This document shows, one piece after another, positions 35,383-42,392 of a stretch of DNA of 56,846 bases (the first letter of the stretch is position 1; each line of letters starts with the position of its first letter). The position numbers were made by a program, and so were the translations under genes. Origin of the DNA: a virus; IMG/VR virus record IMGVR_UViG_3300045988_088058, positions 1 through 56,846 of that record; one strand, given 5' to 3'. Under the pieces are notes generated by a model. That model ran no database searches and had not been told where the DNA came from. It worked only from the letters and a program-made list of their open reading frames with translations.

Positions 35383-35640
35383 GTTCGACTTTATATTCAA
35401 AAATAGGTGCTCGATTATTCGAATTTTTCGAATGTTTGAGGTTTTCGAAGTCCCTGAGTTTTTCGAGTATTCTCGACTTTTCGAACCGGTTCGACTTTTC
35501 GAGAAATTGAACTTTTCGACCCCTTTTTATGCTCGACTTTTCGAGTATTCCTGAACTTTTCGAACGTTTTTTTGAGGTCGATTATTCGAGTATTCTCGAC
35601 TTTTCGAATGCTATTTCAGTTAGTCTCGAAAAGTTCAAAC
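35383..35640. repeat. Iteron array: at least 9 direct and 1 inverted copy of GA(C/A)(C/T)TTTTCGA(A/G), nested in three longer units of about 24 bp
   Basis: TTTTCGA occurs at 35425, 35442, 35460, 35478, 35496, 35513, 35538, 35557 and 35601, and inverted at 35624-35638. TTCGAGTATTC(T/C)(C/T)GA(C/A)CTTTTCGAA occurs three times. TCGATTATTCGA occurs twice. Confidence 0.85.
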
Positions 35641-35831
35641 CTACTAATTTCACGGTATTTGAGAGCATTTTTAGATCTTGTTTGTGGAAGTGCTTTTACT
35701 TGTCTTTAACCTGTCTATTTGGTATCTTTCGATAGTTCATTCGAAAGTTTGCTAAATGCTTATCTAATAAGTGTTTTGCGTGTATTATTGTTTATAGAAT
35801 TGTTTATTATTGATAAAGGTCTCGACTTTTA

Positions 35832-35894
35832 TTGGGCGCCTTATTTTTGATTTTACTTACAGACTCAAGAGGTTAGAGGTATTTTGGGCGCCTT
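35832..35894. repeat. Two copies of TTGGGCGCCTT(T)ATTTTT spaced 52 bp apart in AT-rich non-coding DNA
   Basis: The GGCGCC palindromes at 35835-35840 and 35887-35892 have near-identical flanks. Confidence 0.5.
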
Positions 35895-36011
35895 TATTTT
35901 TAGGGCCTTATTAAGTCCTTTTCTAATACTTAATTGGCTATAAATTAGGCTAAAATAGTGGTGAATTGAGGTGTATTTATGTCGCCCGTTTTTAAAGTTT
36001 AAAAATATTTT

Positions 36012-36070
36012 AAAAAAGTTCAACTTTTTTATAAAAAATGCTTGACTTTATTATTTCATTATCGTATAAT
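36012..36070 (+). promoter_or_regulatory. Class I early promoter cassette: GTTCAAC element, TTGACT-N17-TATAAT
   Basis: AAAAAAGTTCAACTTTTTTATAAAAAATGCTTGACTTTATTATTTCATTATCGTATAAT. -35 at 36042-36047, -10 at 36065-36070. Conserved leader ATAAAGAAAAACAAATAAAGGAG. Confidence 0.7.
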
Positions 36071-36107
36071 AATAGTATAAAGAAAAACAAATAAAGGAGT
36101 AACGAAT

Positions 36108-36347
36108 ATGAAATTCGAACAACTTAAAAACGCACTTACTAATGAATACCTAATGGTAACAAACAAAGATCAAGCTGAAGTTTTAGGCTCAGGAAACATC
36201 GAAAACATTCTCAACGGTTCAAACTTTTCTCTTGCTTTAGCTCAAGCAACAGTCCTTCAAATGGAAAAACTCAGCGATGAGGAAGCTATTGAATGGGACT
36301 TGGAAGATAAAACTGCTTCTATTTATGTAGTGACTCTAGATATGTAA
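36108..36347 (+). CDS. Hypothetical early protein
   Basis: 79 aa, the first gene after the class I promoter. RBS AAAGGAG. Confidence 0.6.
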   Translation: MKFEQLKNALTNEYLMVTNKDQAEVLGSGNIENILNGSNFSLALAQATVLQMEKLSDEEAIEWDLEDKTASIYVVTLDM

Positions 36348-36358
36348 GGAAGTAACTA

Positions 36359-36676
36359 ATGAAACTTTATCACGCCACTGATTTTGATAATCTTGGTAAA
36401 ATTCTAGCTGAGGGCTTGAAGCCTTCAGCTGGAGTTATTTACCTAGCAGAAAGTTATGAAAAGGCTCTAGCCTTTTTATCGCTTCGAAATATTGATACTA
36501 TTGTAGTGCTCGAACTTGAAATTGATATTGAACAATGTACTGAAAGTTTCGACCATAATGAAAGAATGTTTTGTGACTTATCTCATTTCGACAATTGTCG
36601 CGCTTGGACTTATGACAAGACCATTGAAGTAGACGACATTAACTTTTCGAAAGCTCGAAAATATGATAGAAAGTGA
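36359..36676 (+). CDS. Hypothetical early protein with N-terminal LYHAT...GL motif (weak ADP-ribosyltransferase/Tpt1-like resemblance)
   Basis: 105 aa. MKLYHATDFDNLGKILAEGLKPSAGVIYLAES recalls the LYHGT....I...GL..(h)HLS segment of KptA/Tpt1-type ART folds. The resemblance is from memory only. Confidence 0.5.
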   Translation: MKLYHATDFDNLGKILAEGLKPSAGVIYLAESYEKALAFLSLRNIDTIVVLELEIDIEQCTESFDHNERMFCDLSHFDNCRAWTYDKTIEVDDINFSKARKYDRK

Positions 36677-37347
36677 CTAACATGAATAACGAAAAAATTA
36701 TCGAAAAAATTAAAAATCTTATTCAATTAGCAAATGACAACCCGAATGACGAAGAAGGGCAGTTTGCCCTTCTTCTTGCTCAAAGGTTGATGCTAAAGAA
36801 TAATATCGCACTCGCTCAGGTTGAACAATTTGATGAACCTGAAAAGTTCGAAACTTCTTCCACCATTGGAAAAGAAGCAAGTCGAATCCTTTGGTGGGAA
36901 AAGGAACTAGGGTACACGCTCGCAGCTAACTTTAGATGCTTTTGCATCAATCAGCGCGATATGGCTCTGAATAAAAGTCGAATAATTTTCTTTGGTGAAA
37001 AACAAGACGCCGAATTGGTGTCTAAAATATACGAGTCCGCTTTGCTTTATCTTCGTTACAGACTTGACCGACTTCCTTCGCGTGAACCTTCGTACAAGAA
37101 CTCTTATCTTCTAGGATTTTTAGTAGCTTTAGACACGCGCTTCAAAAAGCAAGTAGAAGAATACTCACTTATGGTCTTACCTAGTGAAGAGACTAAGAAT
37201 GCGCTTAGGGATACATTTCAAAATCTAAAGCAAGATAAAGTTGAAGTACCTAAAAACGACTTCAATTTAGAAGCATATACGGAAGGAAAATTTCAGGGCG
37301 AAAATGCAAAAATAATGCCCGATGAAATTTTGGAAGGTGGTAACTAG
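36673..37347 (+). CDS. DUF2786-like protein
   Basis: 224 aa. The N-terminus EKIIEKIKNLIQLANDNPNDEEGQFALLLAQRLMLKNNI fits the DUF2786 pattern (KI..LL.LA....N..EA..A...A..LM.K..I). Confidence 0.55.
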   Translation: MTNMNNEKIIEKIKNLIQLANDNPNDEEGQFALLLAQRLMLKNNIALAQVEQFDEPEKFETSSTIGKEASRILWWEKELGYTLAANFRCFCINQRDMALNKSRIIFFGEKQDAELVSKIYESALLYLRYRLDRLPSREPSYKNSYLLGFLVALDTRFKKQVEEYSLMVLPSEETKNALRDTFQNLKQDKVEVPKNDFNLEAYTEGKFQGENAKIMPDEILEGGN

Positions 37348-37348
37348 A

Positions 37349-37609
37349 ATGAAATTCGAAGTTTATTCTGCGCGACTATTTGACGAAGAGGCGACATATG
37401 ATAGGTATCGTGAAGCACTAGAGAAAGTTGGAAATGTCGCTTACTTTTGCGAAATTGAATCAGGTAATCTAGTAATTGAACTCGAACTGAACAGCATAGA
37501 CGACCTAATCGCGCTTTCAAATGTAGTTGGAAAAGGACTAAAATTATCGCGACCTTATAGAGAAGATAAGCCTTTTCAATTATGGATTGTTGATGGGTAC
37601 ATGGAATAA
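37349..37609 (+). CDS. Hypothetical early protein
   Basis: Start trimmed to MKFEVYS (ATG 37349) behind GGAAGGTGG. 86 aa. Confidence 0.55.
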   Translation: MKFEVYSARLFDEEATYDRYREALEKVGNVAYFCEIESGNLVIELELNSIDDLIALSNVVGKGLKLSRPYREDKPFQLWIVDGYME

Positions 37610-37618
37610 GGTGAAACT

Positions 37619-37990
37619 ATGGAAAATAAATGGAAAGTTATCCATTTTCAAAACTCATGTATTAAACAAGTAGACGATAAGAAACGAAGGCTCCTTTTTG
37701 AGGTGCCCGGAACTCCTTATCGTCTAAGAGTTTGGGTGAAAATGAGCTTAGTTAAAATTGAAACACGCGCAGGAAATGGCTTCTATAAGGAACTGGTATA
37801 TCAGGACGATTTTGTATTTTATGGTAAAGAGTTGATTGGTGGATATTTAATTGACGCGACCATAACTGGCAAATCTTTAGCGGAATACTGCAAGCACATG
37901 GACCGACATGTTGTTGAAACTATTAAACGACGCGAAACTGCTGAACTTAATAGATTGAAAAAACAAGACCAACAGAAATGGAGATACTAA
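37619..37990 (+). CDS. Hypothetical early protein
   Basis: 123 aa. RBS AAGGTGA. The stop overlaps the next start (TAATG). Confidence 0.55.
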   Translation: MENKWKVIHFQNSCIKQVDDKKRRLLFEVPGTPYRLRVWVKMSLVKIETRAGNGFYKELVYQDDFVFYGKELIGGYLIDATITGKSLAEYCKHMDRHVVETIKRRETAELNRLKKQDQQKWRY

Positions 37991-38742
37991 TGGCAAAAAA
38001 TAAGAAAAGAAAAAAGGTCAACATGAAAAGGAGAATGCTCATTCCTACTAACCTTTCAACAAAAGTAAATGTCAATAGGATTGAATATCGAAAGGTTCTT
38101 GTTAAGTGGCTTCCTAATACGGACGAAATTCAAGTTTATTTCGACCTTTACCTAAATAAGAAAAGGCTTACAATGTTAGGGACAATTGACCCAGACAAAA
38201 GTTACTTCGAAGGAATTAGAATTGCTTGTAAAAAACCTGAGCCCTGGATGACCGTGAAAGAGCTTCAAATTGCGCGTGCAGACGCTCCAGGTTTTTTTGC
38301 AGTGCTAAAAGCATATTGTCATACGGTCGGGGATGTACTAGATAATGGAGCAGCACCTGATGAAATTGTTCCGGGTATTATGTATAATGAAGGTCAATTA
38401 TTTAAAGACAGTGAAATTGTCAGCCTTTTCAAATACGACGTAGAAGAGCCTTACGAGTTTCCAAAAGACGTTCCAATAACTATTGACAATTTCGAGCAAT
38501 TTATTATGTCTAGTCAACATACTCGAACCATAGTGCTTCAACATGCTAATATAGGCGAGTTTTCAAAATACTGGAAAAAATGGCAAACGGTAATTGAACT
38601 CCTTATCGGCTACGCTAAAGACAATGGATTTAAAGTCGACCAAGAAGTATGGGACTTTTCAAAAGGCTCCAAGGCTGGAAAAATTGCACGTCGAAAAGGA
38701 TATGAAGCTATTCAACATGCCTTTCAAGAAATCAATAAATAA
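37990..38742 (+). CDS. Hypothetical early protein with Lys/Arg-rich N-terminus
   Basis: Start taken at MAKNKKRKK (ATG 37990) behind GGAGA. 250 aa. No motif recognised. Confidence 0.55.
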   Translation: MAKNKKRKKVNMKRRMLIPTNLSTKVNVNRIEYRKVLVKWLPNTDEIQVYFDLYLNKKRLTMLGTIDPDKSYFEGIRIACKKPEPWMTVKELQIARADAPGFFAVLKAYCHTVGDVLDNGAAPDEIVPGIMYNEGQLFKDSEIVSLFKYDVEEPYEFPKDVPITIDNFEQFIMSSQHTRTIVLQHANIGEFSKYWKKWQTVIELLIGYAKDNGFKVDQEVWDFSKGSKAGKIARRKGYEAIQHAFQEINK

Positions 38743-38782
38743 CGAAGCTTCGGATCGTTATTTTTTTTTTCAAAAAAAATTA

Positions 38783-38841
38783 AAAAAAGTTCAACTTTTT
38801 TATAAAAAGTGCTTGACTTTATTCACTCATTATCGTATAAT
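38783..38841 (+). promoter_or_regulatory. Class I early promoter cassette (second plus-strand copy)
   Basis: AAAAAAGTTCAACTTTTTTATAAAAAGTGCTTGACTTTATTCACTCATTATCGTATAAT. -35 at 38813-38818, -10 at 38836-38841. Same leader, ending AAATAAAGGAGG. Confidence 0.7.
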
Positions 38842-38879
38842 AAATACATAAAGTAAAACAAATAAAGGAGGAGCTGGAA

Positions 38880-39074
38880 ATGAAAACAGTTCAACAAACA
38901 ATCAAACAATTTGGAGATGAATGGTGGTACGAAATTATCGATACAAATAACGAACTGCTAAACGAAGGACGTATTGAAGACATGGGACCATATATGGACA
39001 AGATGGTTGACCAAGTTAAGTTCATCAACTTCGGAGACATTGAATGTCAAATCATTAAACTTTACCTCGCGTAG
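38880..39074 (+). CDS. Hypothetical early protein
   Basis: 64 aa. Strong RBS AAAGGAGGAG. Confidence 0.55.
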   Translation: MKTVQQTIKQFGDEWWYEIIDTNNELLNEGRIEDMGPYMDKMVDQVKFINFGDIECQIIKLYLA

Positions 39075-39075
39075 A

Positions 39076-39112
39076 TAGTAGGGCGAACTTTTCGTCCTAC
39101 TATTATAGTAGG
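39076..39112 (+). other. Two mutually exclusive hairpins sharing the arm CCTACTA
   Basis: TAGTAGGGCGAA/TTCGTCCTACTA (39076-39102, 12 bp with one G.U) competes with CCTACTA/TAGTAGG (39096-39112). There is no U-tract. Confidence 0.4.
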
Positions 39113-39137
39113 TTAGATAGATAAAGGAGTAATATCA

Positions 39138-39473
39138 ATGAAAACAATTAAAGACGAAAGACATGTATTCAAACAAGTTAAAACTATTCCAAGCGGGTAT
39201 CGTGTATGGAACATTCCTTCAATTGGCGAAGGTTGTGTTCCTTTATATCTCCCTTTAGATGAAATAACTGTAGACGCTTCAACTTTGTGCTACCTACAAC
39301 TTACTGAACAGGAGGCTAAGGTTTTGCACAGCGCCGCAAGTTACGGAATTCGTACTCTAGCGGACGTTCGTAAGGCGTTAGCAAGTAACCGAAAAGGACC
39401 TACAACGGAACGTCGCAAACGCCTTGCGCAACCAGCTTTGCCAATTTTTGAAAAGTACACAAAGGAGGGCTAA
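39138..39473 (+). CDS. Hypothetical early protein
   Basis: 111 aa. RBS AAAGGAG. Basic C-terminal region. Confidence 0.55.
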   Translation: MKTIKDERHVFKQVKTIPSGYRVWNIPSIGEGCVPLYLPLDEITVDASTLCYLQLTEQEAKVLHSAASYGIRTLADVRKALASNRKGPTTERRKRLAQPALPIFEKYTKEG

Positions 39474-39622
39474 AATGTTCCTCCTTCGATTTTTAGTTTC
39501 AATACTGTTAAAAGTAGTCAAATGGCTACAAGAACTCACTGACCAAAGTGGACTATATTAAGGAAAAGAAAAAATGAAAGTATATATCAACAACCATGAC
39601 GATCTTGATTTTCTGCAAAACT

Positions 39623-39655
39623 AAAAGGCCTATAATTTAGGTCTTTTTATTTTAT
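39623..39655 (+). terminator. Rho-independent terminator
   Basis: Stem AAAAGGCCUA/UAGGUCUUUU (one G.U) followed by UUUUUAUUUU. Confidence 0.65.
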
Positions 39656-39712
39656 AAAAAGTTGAACTTTTTATAAAAAATGCTTGACTTTATTCGTTTA
39701 TTATCGTATAAT
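39655..39712 (+). promoter_or_regulatory. Class I early promoter cassette (third plus-strand copy, with GTTGAAC orientation)
   Basis: AAAAAGTTGAACTTTTTATAAAAAATGCTTGACTTTATTCGTTTATTATCGTATAAT. -35 at 39684-39689, -10 at 39707-39712. Confidence 0.7.
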
Positions 39713-39749
39713 GTAACTATAAAGAAAAACAAATAAAGGAGCAAATAAA

Positions 39750-40097
39750 ATGATTAGATGGACAGGAAAATCAACTTCAGGAACATGGAGAAGAGAAGTA
39801 GAAGCTGAGTCAATGATTGACCTTATGGAGAAGCTAATTGACTTGGACATTATTCCAGCTTATTGGGATTTTGAGGAACGTTTATTCGGTTACTTAGCTG
39901 ACTCAAGTGAAGAGCTAGAAGAGTTCAAAACTAAATACAACGAACTAAAAGAAGAAGAATTGTTCGAGGAAGCCGACGGCTTGTTCAACGAATTCGATTG
40001 GGCTAATGTATTTCGTAACATGGATCCAAAAGATATCCAAACAAGCATTTCACTATGTGATAGCCAAGCGTACTATCAAACATTCGAAATTCTATAA
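39750..40097 (+). CDS. Hypothetical acidic early protein
   Basis: 115 aa. RBS AAAGGAG. Confidence 0.55.
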   Translation: MIRWTGKSTSGTWRREVEAESMIDLMEKLIDLDIIPAYWDFEERLFGYLADSSEELEEFKTKYNELKEEELFEEADGLFNEFDWANVFRNMDPKDIQTSISLCDSQAYYQTFEIL

Positions 40098-40112
40098 GAG
40101 GAGGAAATTAAC

Positions 40113-40322
40113 ATGGCTAAACCACAACTACAACCGAAGAATACTCTCATTATGAGATTCCATCAGGCGGACGCAGTCCATCCCGAAAATGGCGAGAAGA
40201 TCAACATCTCGTTTGCAGGTGTTACAACTGTTATTGAATACAAAGGTCGATTAGTTACTTGGGACATTCAGGAAATGTTAAACGAAGCGATTGAGCTAAT
40301 TGAAAAGGAAGAGGAAAACTAG
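40113..40322 (+). CDS. Hypothetical early protein
   Basis: 69 aa. RBS GAGGAGG. Confidence 0.55.
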   Translation: MAKPQLQPKNTLIMRFHQADAVHPENGEKINISFAGVTTVIEYKGRLVTWDIQEMLNEAIELIEKEEEN

Positions 40323-40332
40323 GAGATTATCA

Positions 40333-40536
40333 ATGGAAGATAGATACAACATTGAACCGGCGGACATACTGAACTATATTGGTATCACTAATACAAAGGA
40401 TCCAGACTTTTATGATTGCTTATTAGCTCGTCTAGTAAGCTCCTACACTAAAAAGGAACTTGCGTATAAAGGATTATCCTTCGGCGACTTCCTTGCGGAA
40501 CTTCAAAGTCAATCACTTGCTTATCTAGGAAATTAA
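40333..40536 (+). CDS. Hypothetical early protein
   Basis: Start trimmed to MEDRYNI (ATG 40333) behind AGGAG. 67 aa. Confidence 0.5.
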   Translation: MEDRYNIEPADILNYIGITNTKDPDFYDCLLARLVSSYTKKELAYKGLSFGDFLAELQSQSLAYLGN

Positions 40537-40570
40537 AAAAGACCTATTCATTTAGGTCTTTTATTTTTGC
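40531..40570. terminator. Bidirectional rho-independent terminator between the convergent blocks
   Basis: Perfect 10-bp stem AAAAGACCTA/TAGGTCTTTT (40537-40562), flanked by an A-run and a T-run. It overlaps the stop of the minus-strand gene. Confidence 0.75.
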
Positions 40571-40824
40571 GATTGTAGTTTAGTGAGGTAGTTAGCTAAA
40601 TCTAGCGCTTCCTCTTTAGCGTGTTGCAGGAAGTCATCTGCGTTGTTATCCGCTAATGTAGTTCCGTACTTGCTTACACCTACAACACTACGAGATATGA
40701 GCTCTAGTGCGGTATGTAATACAATAGGATCTAATCCTGTCACGTCTATATAATCACGTGTATCCAAGCACTTGTCCGAGGTTACTACACCTCCATCAGG
40801 TGCAATGAAATAAACTTTACTCAT
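40561..40824 (-). CDS. Small all-alpha protein, tentative MazG-fold / dNTP pyrophosphohydrolase-like
   Basis: 87 aa. The pattern ALELISRSVVGVSKYG...FLQHAKEEALDLANYL resembles the AL..VA.VL..G..KYG ... E..D helix pairs of phage dATP/dGTP pyrophosphohydrolase-type domains. The resemblance is weak and from memory. Confidence 0.3.
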   Translation of the reverse strand: MSKVYFIAPDGGVVTSDKCLDTRDYIDVTGLDPIVLHTALELISRSVVGVSKYGTTLADNNADDFLQHAKEEALDLANYLTKLQSQK

Positions 40825-41164
40825 TTCTATCCTCCATCATTCGTTTAAATTGTTTAATAGGCATTGCTATATATTGCTCTTCTCCGTCACCAAAGTCGAA
40901 AGCGATAGCAGAATAGTCGAGTTTTTGAGCGAACCTTTCTTGTTCATTTTTAATAAACCACTCCTTTTTCAGGCTTATTGACCTTTGAGGTTTCATAACG
41001 GTCTTACACTCTATGAGCATTGAGTCAGTTACGACGTCACCTTTGTAGTAGTCTGTCGCTCCAGAATTTGGTTGTACTTTGCCTCCCATTTGCCTAGCAA
41101 CTGCTTTCTCTTGTTTAGCACTTACTCTGCGCGTGGGAATCGGCTTATTTTCACGCTGTCTCAT
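40817..41164 (-). CDS. PD-(D/E)xK nuclease, Holliday-junction-resolvase-like
   Basis: 115 aa. GDVVTDSMLIECKT provides the D...E-x-K signature. Basic N-terminus. Confidence 0.5.
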   Translation of the reverse strand: MRQRENKPIPTRRVSAKQEKAVARQMGGKVQPNSGATDYYKGDVVTDSMLIECKTVMKPQRSISLKKEWFIKNEQERFAQKLDYSAIAFDFGDGEEQYIAMPIKQFKRMMEDRNE

Positions 41165-41355
41165 GGCAGGTAGATAAGCAGAAAGAGATTGACGTAAAAC
41201 GCGAGAGAGCTAACGAGAGCCCCTAAAAACAGGGCGATAGGGCTTCGGTTGTCTTCTCGTTTGCCAATTACCAGATATGTCATTGCAGTAGTTAGGCAAA
41301 AAGCCGAAAGAACGAAGACACTAACTAGGATAATTTTTACTATAAAGTTCATCAA
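41161..41355 (-). CDS. Small two-TM membrane protein
   Basis: 64 aa, hydrophobic throughout. 4-nt overlap with the downstream gene. Confidence 0.45.
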   Translation of the reverse strand: MMNFIVKIILVSVFVLSAFCLTTAMTYLVIGKREDNRSPIALFLGALVSSLAFYVNLFLLIYLP

Positions 41356-41716
41356 GTTTCTCCTTTATTTCAAGTCCGTGTTTAGACCGAATGATATTAT
41401 TACCGTCTAAAATCTCTTCAAGTGTTTCAACTGCCTTGTCGCGAAGTTGATGCACCCATGTATAGTGATATCCGATTTCAACTGCTGCATTAGTGATAGG
41501 AACGTCATCTAGAACGCATAACTTCAGGACGTTTCGTTGGCTTTCCGGAAAGCATTCTACAAGGTTGTCAATGTAGCCAACAAAGACTTCAAGATTGTCA
41601 AGCTCTTCGCCGTTATCCTTAACAGCAAGCAGGAAATTGATTCGAGCTCTTGCACGTTGATAATCTTCCCGAAGTTCGACAATTCGTTTATTTAACTGTT
41701 TTCGTTGTTCGTTCAT
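41321..41716 (-). CDS. Sigma-70 region-4-like transcriptional activator (ArpU/DUF1492-type late regulator candidate)
   Basis: 131 aa. ESQRNVLKLCVLDDVPITNAAVEIGYHYTWVHQLRDKAVETL fits the region-4 HTH pattern (L...QR.V..L......T..E.A..LG.S...V......A...L). Confidence 0.5.
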   Translation of the reverse strand: MNEQRKQLNKRIVELREDYQRARARINFLLAVKDNGEELDNLEVFVGYIDNLVECFPESQRNVLKLCVLDDVPITNAAVEIGYHYTWVHQLRDKAVETLEEILDGNNIIRSKHGLEIKEKLDELYSKNYPS

Positions 41717-41997
41717 GCTATAGGCTCCTCGTATTTAATAGTCTCGCACGTTGCGTTGACATATACAATATTATCTAAGCGCAATAAGATGTCAGTAGCA
41801 ATAACGTCACCATTGATGTCTGAGTTGTAAGGTGTTAGCCTTAGACATTTTTGATTATAAAATTCAGGGTCATCAATGTAACCCTGAATATCTTCGACTG
41901 CGTCGTCGTAATCGTCAATGGTGTCGAATAAAGCTGCTACTTCTAAATGGGCGCCGTTACTATAAATGACTTGAAATAGCGTCTTTATTCGTTCCAT
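41713..41997 (-). CDS. Hypothetical acidic protein
   Basis: 94 aa, translationally coupled to its neighbours. Confidence 0.5.
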   Translation of the reverse strand: MERIKTLFQVIYSNGAHLEVAALFDTIDDYDDAVEDIQGYIDDPEFYNQKCLRLTPYNSDINGDVIATDILLRLDNIVYVNATCETIKYEEPIA

Positions 41998-42374
41998 TAT
42001 AATACTCCTACATCCATCAGCTGCTCTGCAAGTTTACTTACTTTTTCGTCAGTTTCAATGAGACCTAAAATGACATCTTTTAAATCTTCAGCCTTTTCCT
42101 TTTTGCAAGCCTCTTCAACGGCTTCACGAAATGCTTCAAATCGAGCGTTTACGATACATAGTTTCTTGCTCAAATCCTCTGCGTGAGAAACGGGAAGAGC
42201 CATAACTGAAGCGACTAAAAGACTGTCACGGTCTTTCTTTTCTACTGCTCGATTGCTAATAGCTGCTGCCGTGTCGCGAATTTCCTTGTAAGTAAACGAA
42301 GCGTCGACATATCCACTTTCATCTGCATTATAGATTCTAGTATTGAATTTTTCGTTTTGACAATTTTCGCACAT
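41997..42374 (-). CDS. Hypothetical protein
   Basis: 125 aa. No motif recognised. Confidence 0.5.
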   Translation of the reverse strand: MCENCQNEKFNTRIYNADESGYVDASFTYKEIRDTAAAISNRAVEKKDRDSLLVASVMALPVSHAEDLSKKLCIVNARFEAFREAVEEACKKEKAEDLKDVILGLIETDEKVSKLAEQLMDVGVL

Positions 42375-42392
42375 TTTATTTTGACCTTTCTT

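Noticed and set aside
35383-35640. Iteron array as a CRISPR array
   Set aside because: The repeat units are only 12-24 bp, are degenerate and nearly contiguous, and lack unique spacers of about 30 bp. No cas genes are present; the Cas4-like nuclease is a standalone recombination enzyme.
35351-35735. ORFs 35351-35554 and 35529-35735 in the iteron region
   Set aside because: Their translations (repeated FE, RLFE, FSS) simply mirror the TTTTCGA repeats. There is no RBS. The region is better explained as a protein-binding repeat array.
38594-38851. 85-aa plus-strand ORF overlapping the end of gene 37990-38742 and the next promoter
   Set aside because: It is an alternative frame of a better-supported gene and extends through the T-run and the class I promoter.
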